DNA of 64,000 bases, taken from NCBI GenBank assembly GCA_004431415.1, contig QPMI01000416.1, positions 1 through 64,000 of the forward strand, written 5' to 3'. The translations under genes were made by a program, and so were the position numbers. Below, in pieces: positions 24,795 to 38,900 of this stretch. The notes beneath the pieces were generated by a model, which was not told the origin of the DNA, searched no databases, and worked only from the letters and a program-made list of their open reading frames with translations. The stretch's first letter is position 1. Each line of letters begins with the position of its first letter. The stretch comes from Cyanophora paradoxa CCMP329 (Eukaryota > Plantae > Glaucophyta).

Positions 24795-27700
24795 ATGCGA
24801 CCGCCGGCGCTCGTCGTAGCCTTCCTCCTGGCGCTCGCGGCGTCAGGGCCAGCACATGCGACCCAGCTGACGGATCCGGTCTCGGCGGCGAGCGCGCGCG
24901 CGTACTCGAGCGCCGCCGCGAAAGATGGTGCCTCCTACGCGGCGGCCCTCGCGGCTGCCAGCGTGATTGGTGCGTGCTGGATCGCTCTCGTAGATCTGCG
25001 CGCCTGTGCGCGAGCCATATTTCGGAGCCCAGCTGACATTCGATCGATTTTCGCGCAGCGGGGGTGACTCGGGCGCAGTCGGAGGCCGCCGCCTTCGCCG
25101 CTAGCAGGGCGCTCGCATCGACCCCTGCGCAAGTGCGGGTGACTGCGAAAACGGTCGCGTCGGCGGCGGCGCAGGCGTATCGCTGCGGAGGCGAGACGGC
25201 AGCCCGGGCGGTCGCGTTTTCCGCGGCCTACGCTCGGGCGGCTGCGGTCTATCCGGTTGCATTCTCGGCGGCTTACGCTGCAGCTGTCGCCCGCGGTTCG
25301 TCCAGTTTCTCTTTCGAATTCGTGAATTTAGAAGCGCCGGCCGCGGCGCCAGCTAGCAACAGCTGCCGCCGACTGATATTTTCCTCGCCGCCCCGCCCAC
25401 TGGATTCGCCTACGCGCGGGCGGTGGCCGCGGCTCAAAGTACAGGTGCGAAAAGTGGACGTCGACTCTGCAGCACTCCGCAGTTTCCACGCGAATTGTTT
25501 GCGCAACTGCGCGCGCAGGTGTGTCGACCGCCGTGGCGACGGCCACAGCAACCGCAGCGGCATGTGCGTAACTGAGCATGTGCTTTTATTACTCTGCGGC
25601 TTCTTATTGGTTTGGATCGCAGCGACGTACGTTGCAAATTCGCAGTCCATCGCAATAGCCATCGCGATCGCCATTGTCCAGGCCTGTCCCGTCAACGGAA
25701 GGCGCGTAAACCCGTGTCTGATGTACTATTTCATGCTTCACGGTCTGCCTTTTCTGAGCCTGCAAGCAGGACCTACGCGTCGGCGCAGGCGTACGCCGCG
25801 GCCCGAGCGGAGGCGGGACGGGTCCAGGCGCAGGCCGCGGCCTCTGCGCGGGCGGCCGCCCTCGGCGCTGGAGCGACGCAGGCAATCATCGCTCTGGAAA
25901 TCTTGAAATAGAGTATTTTCGCGCTGACGCCGCGCATGCGCATGTACAGGCGCAAGCAGAGGCTGCTGCTGTCGCAGTGGCATCGTCCGTCGGCCGAACA
26001 GTCGCGGTAGCGGTCGCACAGGTCGGACCCCGATCGCGTTTCGCGCATGCGCATCGAATTTAATGTGCCGATGTGTCTGATCTTTAAGTCATGATCAGGC
26101 TTCGGCGGCCCTCTGCGCCATTCCGAACCCGCCGGAGCCCACTCCGACGCCGACGCCGACGCCCGCCGCTCCGACGCCCTCCCCGACTCCGTACGTCGAG
26201 CCGACGGCGTTCGTCCCTCCCACGTATCCTCCCGGCTTCGAGGTCGTCCTTTCTTTACTTGCATTTGTTTAATTGATGCCCGCGCGCTGAAGGATGCCCT
26301 GCCCTGCCCGGGCCCGCGCGCGCAGCCCGCCCCGGAGGCTGTCGCCTCCTGGGATTTCGTGGAGCCTTCGCCCGCGCCAGAGGAGCTGGTCCTGCCCACC
26401 GCGACAGCCACGCCCACGCCCGAGCCGACGGAAGCGTTTCTTCTGCCAACAGCGACGTCGACGCCCACGCCCCTGCCTACCGAGCTCGCTAGCCCGTCGC
26501 CTACGCTAACGCCGACGCCGACGGCGCTTCCAACGCCATCGCCAACCGAGCTCGTCACTCCATCGCCGACCGAGCTCGCCACGCCAACCCCGACGCAGCC
26601 CGCGCCCGCGATCATTTTCGCGGCGACGGCCACTCCGACACTGCCTCCGCCGTCACTGATGCCGACGCCATTTTTCGCGGCGCCGCCGTCTCCGACTCCG
26701 CCTCCGCCCACTCTTGCGCCGGCGCCGACAGCGGCAGCAATCGCGACTGCAACTGCGACCCCGACACCGCCCGTCGTCTTCGCCACGCCTTCTCCATGGC
26801 CGACGTCGACGTTGACCGAGCTTTTCACTCCAACTCCGTCGCAGCTCGTCACCCCGACTCCGTCGCAGCCCGCGCCCGCGATCATTTTCGCGGCGACGCC
26901 CACTCCGACACTAGTACTGCCTCCGCCCTCTTTGACGCCGACGCGTACGCCATTTTTCGCGGCCCCGCCGTCTCCAACTCCGCCTCCGCCGACGAGTACT
27001 CTGACGCCGGTGCCGACAGCGGCAGCAATCGCGACTGCGACTGCGACCCCGACACCGCCCGCGGCCGTCGTCTTCGCCACGCTTTCTCCATCGACGTCGC
27101 CGACGCCGCAGCTGTTCGCGCCGACCGCTGTCGCGATCGCCAGCCCGACGTTGATCCCGACGTCGATCCCGACGTCGATCCCGACGCCGCCGGTCGCCTT
27201 CGCGGCACCGACGTCGACGCTGGCGCCAATGCCAACGCCTACGCCGGAGCTTGTCACCCCTACCCCGGCCCCGACGCGGCTCGTCATTTTCGCCACGCCG
27301 ACTCCGGAGCTCACGCCTACCCCGACGCCTACGCTGCTCGTTATTTTCGCCGCGCCGACTCCGGAGCTCGCGCCTACCCCCACGCCGGAGCTTGTCACCC
27401 CTACCCCGGCCCCAACGCGGCTCGTCATCTTCGCCACGCCGACGCCGGAACTCGAGCTCACGCCCACCCCTGCCCCAACGGGGCTCGTCATCTTCGCCAC
27501 TCCGACGCCGGAGCTCACCTCTACTACGCCGACCCCGTCGATCCCTACATCGATATCGATCCCGACATCGATCCCGACGTCGATCCCGACGTCGATCCCG
27601 ACGTCGATCCCGACGTCGATCCCGACGCCGCCGGTCGCCTTCGTGGCGCCGACGCCGGAGCCGACCTCGACGCCAACGCCTACTCCGACCCCGTCGCCGA

Positions 27701-28468
27701 CACCGCAGCTGCTCACCACAGTGGCGACGCCGGCCCCGACCCAGCCCGTCAGCCTCGCCACCGTCACGCCGACACCGCCGCTGATCATCGTTTCTCCGCC
27801 TCTGACCCCAACCGAGCCAGTCGTGAGGCCGTCGCCGTCCGAAGAGCCGCAGCCGGCGCCGCTGCTCACGCCGACGCCGGCGCCCACGCCGACGCGGCTC
27901 GTCATCATCCTGAGGCCGTCGCCGTCTCCGCCCCTCGAGCTCGCCACCCAGACGCCGCTCCCCTCGCGGCTCGTCATCTTTGTCACGCCGTCGCCGTCGC
28001 CCTCGCCGAGACTCGTCCTCCGCACCCCAACGCCCGAGCCCTTGCAGGCAAGCTTAAGACCCGTCCTTTCTAAGCATCTCTAAGACCCATTCGATAGAAA
28101 CTAAAGACTTCAACAGCAAGCGATCTTAAAAGAATGTGCAGTTAGTTGACTCGAGCTCCGGATCCGTGGCCGTCGCAGACCTTTCTAAGCTTTGGAGCGA
28201 AACCAATTCGACATCAGAGCTTGAGATCCTAAATGATTAAACAGCGAGCGATATTAAAAGAATTTGCAATTAGTTGACTCCGGATACGTGATCCTCGCAG
28301 ACGGTTATCCTCGCGACGCGCGTGCCCCAGCCGCGGCTCGTCACCCCGACCCCGGCCCCGACGGCCGCGCGGCGCGTCGTGCTCGTCACGCCGACGCCGA
28401 CGCCCGTCGCACGTGTCGTCATCCTCGTCACGCCGACGCCGACGCCGATCTTCGAGTTCGGCCTGTGA
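24795..28468 (+). CDS. Secreted Ala-rich protein with a long Pro/Thr mucin/extensin-like tail (multi-exon)
   Basis: Signal peptide [22 protein letters not shown], AxAxAAA-rich exons, and a ~570-aa PT-rich exon (26.3-28.05 kb) with (IPTS)n and [10 protein letters not shown] repeats. The last exon ends IFEFGL-TGA. Confidence 0.6.
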
Positions 28469-29199
28469 GCGTCGGCGTCGGCGAGCCCGACCTGGCGGCA
28501 TTCGATCGATCCGGAATATCCGAATTCGGTCGATCCCGAATTCGAATTCGGTCAGCAACCTTTCACACGTCATGTCCCATGTCCGACGATGGCCATCATG
28601 ATCACTTGTGATCAGCGTGTACATATATACCTAATTATAGTACCTAATTATAGAAGGCAAACGCAATCGATCGACATCAACTGTCACTAAGTAATGTATC
28701 AATAATTATTAATACCGAAAACAAGAGTGCCAGCCAACACTATGTATAAGGGGCGATCTCGGAGGACACGTTCGAAACCGGAAGCCGAGAATTCGAAATG
28801 GGGCGCATAAAAAATACGACGGCGCGGAATTCGAAAGAAGCCGGCTCAGCGGCTAGATCTCTAACTAGACTACAAACGGCGCGGCGGAAAGCTCGAAAAA
28901 AAGCGGGCGGGGCATAGGCAAATGCAATTGCGAGGGCCAAGTACTATTACTACGTCATAAGCACTACAGTAATAAGGGCTACTCAACAAGGCATGCATTC
29001 CATTGGGCTACTTGATAAATCAACTCCGTCTCTAATTATGTAACAAGTTCAAACGACGGCGCGAAAGGACACCGTCTCTAATTACATCAGAGACTAACTA
29101 GGCTTCAAAAAGACGGCGGAAAAAATTAAAGAGCGGGCGGGCGGGATCCGGGACAACGACACAGACATGGAATTGGGCTTCTAAAAGCGTGTCAACAAG

Positions 29200-32100
29200 T
29201 CAGGAGCCGGGCGGCCGTGGGCTCGCGCGCCCGGCGCGGGACCGCGATCTCGAGGAGGAGGAGGAGGAGGAGGGGAAGAAGATGCCCTTCAGCGAACGAA
29301 GGAAGCCCTTGAGGCCGCGGCCCTTGCGGCCCCGGGCGCCGCCGCCGCCGCCGTCGTCGGAGGAGGAGGCGTCCGAGTCGGAGTCATCCCCCCCTCCTTG
29401 CTGCTGCTGGTGGGGGGGGAAGAACGGCGCGGAGGCGGGGCGGTGGCTCAGCGGCGCGCGCCCGAAGCCGGCGCCGCCTCCGCCGCCGCCGATTTCTTCG
29501 TTGGAGGAGCCGTTGGAGGGCGCGGGGCTGGCGCGGCCTCGGCCACGGTCACGATCGGACCCGGAGGGCGATCGCGAGGAGCAGGACCCCGATCGCGATA
29601 GCGACCCGGCGTCCTCGGCGCGGAGGAGGGCGCGGGCGCCGGAGGAGGAGGACGTCCGCGGCTCGTGGCGCGAGGGCGGCTGCGCGCTCGCCGCCTGCGC
29701 AGCCAATCAAATTTTAGACAAGAAGAGAAGAAGAGGCATATTAAATCAGCATAAACGAGGTAGAAACACTATCAGTCTAAGGCCTTAATCCACCTCTTCT
29801 CTTAAGAGGCACCCGTATCGCGGATACACACCTTGGGAACGGGCGCCGGGGCGGAGGGCGAGACGGGTACGCCGCCCGGGCCGTGGACGCGGATGTCTGG
29901 GAGCGAGCTAATGCGGCGCCCCGCGCGTCCGTGCGGCGCCGTCGCCGCCCGCGAAAGCTGGTCCGGGTCCTGTCCGGGCGGCGGCGCCGGCGCCGGAGCC
30001 GGAGCCGGCGCGCGGCCCGGGGTCTGCTTGAGGAGACCGAGCCGTCAGCGAGGAAAGGAAGAAGGAGGTTTAAAGTTTAAATCTGCTTTTCACGTACCCC
30101 GGGCTCCCGCGCGGCGAACCAGGGGTGGTCGAGCGCCTCGGCAGCCGTCGGGCGCTGCGCGCGGCGCGCGGTCGGATCGCCGATCGTGTGTTACCGGTCA
30201 CGGGTATCATGATCATCATCATTTACTAATTATATATAAGTTGTACCATTAGCTCATCATGTTTAATCATGTTCTAAGACATTCAGTTATGTTATCGTAT
30301 ACGTAAATTAGAGAATATAATCTCGAGTTGAAGTGGCCTATAGCTAGGCCTGGCCCGCGCGAGCTAGTAAGCTCTCTCTCATAGCTCGCGCCGATCTTGT
30401 GTTAACATCATTGTTTAAATTAGCCTAGTAGCATATCAGCTTTGGCTTAAAAGAAGCAGCCGAAAATCATCTTTAACGATTTATTTGAGGCGCAATGCGC
30501 AGTCAGGCCGGAAGGAAAGCGCCGATCTAGAATTGCAAGTTCGCGGATCGCATAGTGACTGAGCCCGCTTGTAAGCTGGCGAATCACAAGCATAATGTCT
30601 TTTTATTTCTAGCCCATTAGCTCATTAGCCTATTAATCAGCTCATTAGCTCATCAGCTCGCTATGCTTAGTTCTCTAAGAAATGTTAAGCCGGTGGCCTT
30701 CGAATCGCTAGAGCTGTGAGAGCCGGTGGGTGAGCGGCGTACCTGTCCGGGCTCTCGGGCGAGCATGCGTGCCAGCAGGTCCTGCAGTTCTGCGGCCCGG
30801 CCCGGCCCGGCCCGGCGCCCGCCCGCGTCAGCCCCGCAGGGAAAATCAAACGCGCGCGCGCGCGCGAGGCCTAGGCTATAAATAGATCGGGGAAGCTGAT
30901 CTGAGATGGAGGCGTACCCGGGGAGGCGGAGCGGGGGACGGCGAAGGAGGCGCAGCGGATGCGCTCTCGGACGACCCGCGGGTCCTCCCCCTCCCCTTCC
31001 TGCCCCTCGAACGGGTTGTGCCTGCGCGAGAGCGAGCAGTTCGGTATCGGGGGGAGGAGTGGGCGGCCGGAGTGGGGGGTACAGCGCACCCGAAGACGGC
31101 CTCGTACAGGGTCGCCCCCGCGCTCCACACGTCCGCCTGTACCCCCGTCAGAGACGGGCGGGCGGTAGGGAAGGCCGCCGGGGCCTTGTGATGTGGTGGC
31201 TCCTAGCTATTAATAGATCTCGGCCTCCAGATCTGCAGGCGTCTAGAGCGCCAGCGGATCGGAAAGAGCGCGGCCGCTCGCCTGGGCCTCCAGATGCCTT
31301 TTGTTTAGAGCGGCAAGAGTCAAGGGTTCTGAAAGATAGACTAATCTGTTCTTTTACTAGAGCGGGACGTGCTCGTCGATAGAGAGCTCTAGATCTGGAG
31401 ACTCGGAGAGACTTCTCTCTAAGAAATTTAAACTATGTTCATCTTTTAGAGCGGGGCTTGCTCGCCTGGGGCCCGTCGTAGGGCTGCTTCCCGAGTACCT
31501 CCGGCGACATGAAGAGCACCGTCTGCGGGGCGGATCAAATCGGCTCCAGAAAGCGCAGTGAGAGGCGGGAACGCAGTGAGGTCCCGAGGCCCCCCAAAGC
31601 ATCTCAGAGTCTAAGGGTGTCTATCTGAATCGAAGGGCCCAGTTCAATCGGTCGCGTACCCCGCAGGACTTGCGGAGGAACTCGCCCGGGCGAGAGCGGA
31701 CGGCGAATCCGAAGTCGAGGAGGACCGTTCGTCCGGAGGCCGCCAGCATCACGTTCCTGGGGGGGGGGGGAAGGGGGGGGGTAGAGCGATCAGCCAGACG
31801 CGCGAACTCGAGCGGGAAAGCTGGTTCAAGGGGTCGGGTGGGGTGGGCGGGATGAGGAGATCTAGAGGGGGAAGGGGGGGGAGGGGGGGGGGGGGGGCTG
31901 GGGGAAGAGGCGGGTAGAGGCGCACTCAGGCTTGATGTCGCGGTGGGCGATACCCCTCCCGTGGCAGTGGTCCAGAGCCAGAAGCAGCTACCGGATTCAG
32001 ATTCAGATCCAGATTCAGGTTCAGGTGAGTTAGACGCTAGGGTGGATCGAATGACCTGCTGGAACACCGGGCGCGCTTGGGACTGCAGACGGGGGGTCAG

Positions 32101-32901
32101 GGGTGGAGGACAGGGACCGGGGGGGGGAGAGGGTGGAGGGGTACGCGCACCTCCGAGAGGGGGGCGAGCTTCGTGACGCGGCGGCGGAGGGTACGCCCTT
32201 CCAGCCACTCCACGACGGTCGCCCTCACGTCGCCGTCCTGGGGTACGGCTCAGCCTGGAAGGGGGGGTACAGAGTTCGGGCCCCGATGCGGACCTGCGCC
32301 GTGCCGCGCAGGCGCACGATATTCCTGTGGTCGAGCTCCTGCGGGGGTACCCCGTCAGGAGGCGGACGAGCTCCCGGGCGCGTACCCCCCCCTTTCCCCC
32401 CACCTGTAGGATGTTGGCCTCGTTGAATCCGTTTACCACTTCGGCTGAGCGGCCGCAGAACAGCTTTACCGCAACCTTCTCCCCCGTCGTCGTGTCCAGC
32501 CCCTCCCGCACCTCTGGGGGTACGTCAGCCCGCGGACGGCGGGGGTACGCAAAAGGTCGAAAGGTGATTTCGAAAGGGGGGGTGTACGCGCCCGAGTGCT
32601 TGCGGTCGCCGTAGATCCGGGCGCCGAGCTGGTACCGGCCGATGCGGCGGCCCATGAACCCCTCGCCCATCCCCGCAACCGGCTCGTGCCCTTCAAAGTC
32701 GGGCCGGCACCCGCAGCGTGGCTCTCGGTCCGGAGGCGGCTGCGGGGGCGCGTGCCCCCACGCCGGACCGAACTTCGCTTGCGTCTGCGCGCTGGCGCCG
32801 TGCCCGGCCCGCCGCCGCGTCGCAGCTGCGTCTTCGATGCCGGAGCCGCCGGCGCCGTAGCCGTACGGCTCCCCAGCATCCGGGGACGGCCGCGGCGCCA
32901 T
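29200..32901 (-). CDS. Ser/Thr protein kinase (CAMK-like), multi-exon, with a Ser/Gly-rich C-tail
   Basis: VAVK, NEANILQ-ELDHRNIV, HCHGRGIAHRDIKP-ENVML, LLDFGFA, DVWSAGATLY, LQDLLARML. Confidence 0.9.
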
Positions 32902-33770
32902 CGCTTCGGTCCCGGGTGCCGCGCTCACTTCGCTCCGGCGCGGTACCGAGCCCGCCTGCCCTGCGCAACAGGAAGCAGAGTGCTCGTTAGCGGCTGTACG
33001 CGCGAGCGCAGGCCCGCAGGCATGCGCAGGCGCTGAGCCTGGGGCTGCCTGTGTTGACAGGGGATCGATTGGGGCCTCCGGGGTGCAGCGCGGGCGTTCA
33101 ATGGATCATAGGATGGCCGCCTGGGGGCGGGGGCGCCCTCGCGCGCCCGCCGGCACACGCGCTGATTTGGCATCTATAGCAGCTCCCAATTGCAAGGAAA
33201 CGCCCTAAGAACGGCGGCCCGAGCATCGCGCGCGCGGGAAGCGCACCGGTGACAGCTCAACGGGCTGATGAGGGGTCAGGTCGCGGATGCGGCTGCAGCT
33301 GTTCTTCCCGTATGCGCTGCTGCGTCGTTGCAGCTGCGGCCGCGCGCTTGATCCGGACGTAAATGAGCGCGCAGACAGGTGGGCGTCCTCCCGCGCGGCC
33401 GCTCCCGCGCTAACTGACGCGCGTAACGCTTGCGTCCGTTTGACAGCTGGCGTGCTGTGCTAGTGCTGCTCCCGTCGATCGCCTGCGCATGCACGCTGCA
33501 TGCCCATTGCTCTCTCCCGCGCTCTCCCCTTCGAATTCGCAGCTCCCTGACCCTCCCTCGATCGGGCCTCGGGCCAGGGGCCAGCTCCTGCGCGTCACAG
33601 CGCAGCGGTTGGCCCCTTCCTTGGAAGGAGCGGCCCAGTCAGCATTGAGCCTCCGCAAGGTGGTACTACGGTGGTAGTACCGTGGTACCTCCTCCCCCCC
33701 CATTTGTTTTCTTCTTTTTTGGCTTCCCCCGGGAGCAGCCGGAGACGGGGTACACATATCGCTCACCAAA

Positions 33771-35548
33771 ATGTCGGGCAAGGTTCGCTCGCCCGCCTCG
33801 TGTTTGTCGCTGGCTGAGGGTCCCGGTGGTGTCGAAGTGGCCGTTGCCCGTCGGGCCGGCCGCCCCGCGCCTCCGGGATCCGACTCCGCCCGCCGGGCGC
33901 CACAGCTCGCGCCAGCGCCGGTTTTGATCCTAGTCTTACACTCGCGCGCAGATGGTGTGGTATCAGGTGAGCGCGGGGCCCGCCCGCGTGTTGTGACGTC
34001 TCGAGCTCCGAGGCTCGTCGCGGTGTTGCTGGGCGCTGGCTGACCTCGGGACCGCGCAGCCCTCGGGGAACGGGCGAGACGCGGCGGTGTTCATGGACCG
34101 TACGGTTCGCGCGCGAAGCCGCTGAGCGGGCCGCCGGGGCCGCGTGGGGCTGCGCACCGACGCCTGCCCGGCGCCGCTCGGCTCGCACGGACCCCACGCA
34201 CGCCTCGGCGTTCGGGCCTTAGCCCTCTGAGATCTCTCTAGCGAGCTCGCGGCGCGGTCACCATCCGCAAGGCTCGAAGCTAGAGCGACTCGGCGAGTGC
34301 GGCAGCGCGGCCAGCTGGCGAGCAGCGCTTGGCATCACGACAGCCGGGCCGGCCGCCGGCCGGGCGCACCCGGCGGCCCAGCCGCAGACTGGCTCCCTCA
34401 GCTTAGCTTTGCGGCGCCCTTAGCTTCGGCGCAGGCCAGCGCCCAAGGCCTCTCACCACACCTGCGGCACGGGCCGGGCCCGGGGTCTAGCAGCGCCGCT
34501 AGCTCTGCTCTCCCCTTGAACTTAATTAAGCTTCAGCTTCGAGCCGCGACCGTGAGCTCGAACCCTGCGGCTAACGGGGGGCCCGGCCCGGTCCCGCCCG
34601 CAGGTCAGAAACGGCCACCTCGACTACGTACCCCACGTTCGCGCCACCGGCGGCTCGGTCGCGGTCGGGGTCGGCGGCCTCGTGCGTATCGTACCCCCCT
34701 GCGGCGCACGCGTACCCCAACGTGTTCTCCCCACCCCGCAGAAGTACGGCAGTACCCTCTCCGAGACGTACACGAAGCGGGTCGAGTCCAGGCAGGGCCG
34801 GGTAGGCGCCGGAGCTCGAGAAAGGTCCCGCCCCGAAATCGAACCCGCACCCGCCAGGTCTCGAAAGAGATACCCGAGTACACCTCCGCATACAGGAAGA
34901 TCGGGGAAACGGTGAAACAGCGTACCCTCCTCCCCCTTCCCCATTCCCGACAAGATCCGACGTACCCCTCTTCTCGCCCCTGAACGCAGAACGATCTGTA
35001 CAACTACAAGGACCAGATCAAGGTCGGGCTGTACACCTGGCCGGGGTACAGGCTCAACGGCGAGCGGATCCGGACAGCCCCGGCCGCGATTGGGCGTCTT
35101 CCGCCCGGTACCCTCCCCGGCCGTCTTGTACCCGAGCTGGCAACGCGCATGGGGGCCGTGGACCGGTCACCCGCCAACGAACGGCGCCTCGCCCCCCGTA
35201 ACTTCCCCCCACCCACTTCCCCATCCCGTACCCCCACGCCCCCCTCCTGATCCCTTCTCTTCAGATGGCGGCCTCTTTACGCAGCTGAAGACCCCCAACG
35301 CGCCCCCGGAGAAGCTGTACGGCCTTCAGGGGGTACGCGATTCTACTGCGTTCTCCCTAACCCCCTCCTCTCCCCCCCCCCCCTGCCCCCCCTTCCTCGT
35401 CCCTAAGCGATTCTACGATTCTACCGCCTCGTGCTCTACCGGAGACCCGCTCGCTCGCTGACGGCTTCGAGCTCGCCCGCCCGCCCGCCTTCAGATGATG
35501 GACCCCCGCAAGTACGAGGACCGCCACTCCGGCATGATCTTCTCCTGA
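33771..35548 (+). CDS. Hypothetical multi-exon protein (5' exons uncertain)
   Basis: Short exons bounded by AG/GT with C/G-ending codons: WYQ-PSGNGRDAAVFMDRT, LDYVPHVR, KYGSTLSETY, NDLYNYKDQIKVGLYTWPGY, MMDPRKYEDRHSGMIFS-TGA. Confidence 0.5.
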
Positions 35549-35956
35549 GTCCCGAGCAACCCCGCCGCCGCCGCTCGTTCGCGGCGGGGCCAGCCGGTCG
35601 GCGAGATTTTTGAGTCTCCTCCTGGCGTTCACGGTTTTCATGCAGTAGTCACTGAGTGATCGGCCTTTGGGCCCGGCCCACGCCCTGGGCCCTGCCTTCC
35701 GCCGCTTTTTCCTCCCTTGAAATCTAGAGCTTTTTCGGTCCTAAACCTGAAATCCCGCCCCCATGGCCATGCGCCGGCGCTCCGCCCCGCCGCTGCAGCT
35801 GTGGCCGAACCCCGCCCGCCCGTCTCCACAATTGTCCATTCTGCTGTTGTTTGTACTGCTTTTTTAGTTGCCCCTGTATGATATCGATATTGAAACAGAA
35901 TTCGATCGCGATCCCGACGCTGCGGCGGGCGGGCGGGCCGTGCGGTAACCCCCTAG

Positions 35957-38900
35957 CTATTTCGGGGTACCGGTGGCCCCGGAGACCAGCCGCAGGTTGT
36001 GGCGAACGTTCTTCGCCTCCTTGGAGCCCTTCCCGTACTCCACCTCCAGCTGGGGGGTACGGGATCGGATCCGGACCGAAGGGGAGGGGGTACGCATAAA
36101 ATCAGGAGGGTACCTGATCCAGGAGCTCCGCGAAGACGGCGGTGGCGGTTTCGGAGTCCCCGAGCTGGATGAATGCCCCATCAGAGGGGCGGGCGGGGTA
36201 CAGGAAAGCTCGGCAGGCTCAGGTGAGGACCTTCCAGAGCGCGGTGGCGACGGAGCTCATGAGGGGACCCAGATACTCGCGGGCGCGGAGCCCCGCCCGC
36301 CCCGAGAGCCACGCGGTCAACTTCTCGAAGTCGCGCTGCGGGGGGTACGCGGTTAAGAAATCGGGCGGGGCGCCGGGGTACGGCTTTTCTCGGCGCGCCT
36401 TCAGACCGGTCCTGACGCGCGCGGCCTCGGGTCCTGTACAGGGTACAGGATCGTCAGCCGAGGCGGGGAACCCAAAAAGGTGAAAGGAAAACAAGATGGA
36501 AATGCGTACGTACCCGGAAGCGCGGAGGGGGACTGGACGATCCGGTCCGCCCTCGCTTCGAGCTCGGTCGCGAGGAGTTTTACGGTAGTCCTGCACGCAG
36601 GAGGGGGAAGGAGGGGAGAGGGGTTCGGAACGGAGGAGGAGGGGCGGGGTGAAGCTGCGGAGAATGGGTACCAGTGGTCGGGGCCCAGAACGGTGACGTA
36701 CTCCCGGTACAGCATCTGGGTGTACGGATGCGCGGAGTCAGGGAAAGGGGTTAGGCGGATCCCAGGGGGAGGGGTACGCGCCTTCATGACGCGGGTGGAC
36801 TCGTCGGGGTGCATGGAAGCGGCGCCCTGGGGGTACGGTGTAAGCGCTCGTTACCCGGTACCCGGGAGGGGGGGAAGAGAAACGGGGGTACATGCGCCGC
36901 GTTGCTCGCGACCAGTTCCATCTCCGCCTCGTCTGCGGATGGGGGGGGGGGGGGGGGGGGGGGGGGGGAGGAAGTGTCAAGAATGGCGCGGCTAAGGCGC
37001 GGCTTAGGCCGCGGCCGCGAGGGAGGGCGCAGGGGGTCCGGGGCGGGCGGGGGGGCGGGGGGGCGGGCGCACTGCGGGTGAGGCCCATCTCGTCGTTTTT
37101 GAAGGACTTGCCGCACGCCCCGCACGCCCAGATGTCCTGCCAACGCCCGCGTCGGCCGAGGAGGAGGAGGAGGAGGAGGAGGAGGCCGGGAGGCTCGAGG
37201 CGGAGATCCTTCGAAAGGGGGGGTACGCGCACGTGGGCGCCGGCGTCCTCGCGTGCGGGGTCGGCGTGGGCTAGGACGGCGGCCCTGGCGCCAAGCGCGT
37301 ACTCCGGCTTCAGCTCCCCCTGTGTGTGTGGGGGGGGCGGTACTTCAGGAAGGAGGAGGCGGGGGGGTGGGGAGGGGGGGGAGGGGGGTACCTTCTCGTT
37401 GCGGCAACCTTCGTTGCAGACGGGACACGGGAGCGCGCGGAGAGTGTCGACGCGGCTGCGGGTCGGGTCGGGAGGGGGAGGAGGGGAGGTCAGGGGGACA
37501 GGAGGAGAGCGACGCGGGGGGAGGGGTCGGGGGAGGGGGGGGGGGGTACCTGCAGCGGGGGCAGCGGCAGGTGAAGCGCTTGGTCCCTTCCAGCGTGAGC
37601 CGCCGCATCCGCGTCGACACCCAGTCCAGCTGCGGAAGGCCGGGGGAGGAGCTTAAGGCCAGAGGCTTAAGAAAGTTAGGTTAAAAGTTAAGGAGTTGGA
37701 AAGACGGCTGAAGTTTGAAGAAAGAAAGAAAGAAAGTTGAAGAAAGAAAGGAAGGAGTTAGGTTAAGAAAGTTTGAAGCGAGGAGTTGGAAAGACGGCTG
37801 AGTTCGATTGAATCAAGAGACGCCGCTGAAAGTTTAAGCATATTTGAGGTCCGGTCTAAGGGAGCAGAGGCTTCATCCAGACCTGAATCTAATCTAATCT
37901 TCCAGGGCTCTAAGGTTAAATAAAGCCTAATCTAGACTAATCTAATTTGGTGCGGACCTGCCCGAGGTAGGAGGCGGTGAGCATCTCGCCCTCGGCGATG
38001 GGCCGCAGCGCGCGGAACTCGAGCCGGTCCTCGACAGAGTGGAACACCGTGTTCGGCTGCGAGCTTAAGGTTAAAAGCTTGAATTCTAAGGCTGGCGGGC
38101 GGGACGGGGAGGGCGGGGGAGGCGTCAGGCAAGAGGAAGGAGAAAGGAAGGAAGGGTGGGGCGGGGCGGGGTGGGTTGAGGGACGGCGGCGTTCGTCAGC
38201 CGGGTGGATAGAGGGGGTACGGTGGCGGGCGGGCGGGGGGATCGCCCGCTTGAGCCAAGCCAATACAGCGGTGGGCGATCCTCTGGCGCTACAGGAAGCC
38301 TTTGGCGGTGGGCGGGGCAGGGCTGGTGGGGTGGGGGAGGCGTCGGGCAAGAGGAACGGGAAGGAAAGAACGGTGGGGTGGGGCGGGGCGGTGGAGGGAC
38401 GTCAGCAGGCTGCGGTGGAGGGCCCGTATTGGCTTGGCTCCCGTCGAGACGCGGGGCCGTCGGGGGGGTACGGTGGCCAAGCCAACGACTGCCAGCGGCT
38501 GGATGGATGCTACCATCCCACTACCTAGAGGGGTCGGGGGCATGGACGGAAAGGGGCGGTACGGTGGCCGGCGTCGCTAGCTAGCTAGCTAGCTAGAGCG
38601 GACGGGGGGCTGAGGTGGGATGGGGTACGCGGCACCTCGCAGGAGTGGGCCAGCTTGGCGCCCAGCTCGAAGAGCCCCATGCCCGCCTGAAGGGGGGGGG
38701 GGGGGGGGGGGGGGGGGATTGGAAGGCGAGGCAGGGTACAGGATCCCCGGCCCGGGTGGGGAGGGGTAGGGGGTTGGCGCACGTCGATCTCGTGGCAGTT
38801 CACTATGGAGGGGGGTGCGGGGCGCGTGAGCGAGAGGGGGGATGCGGTTCGGGGGGTACAACGCACTGTCGAAGACGCCGAGGACGCGGTGGAGCGTGTC

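Noticed and set aside
25773-28025. 750-aa minus-strand Gly/Val-rich ORF
   Set aside because: Antisense shadow of the Pro/Thr-rich exon.
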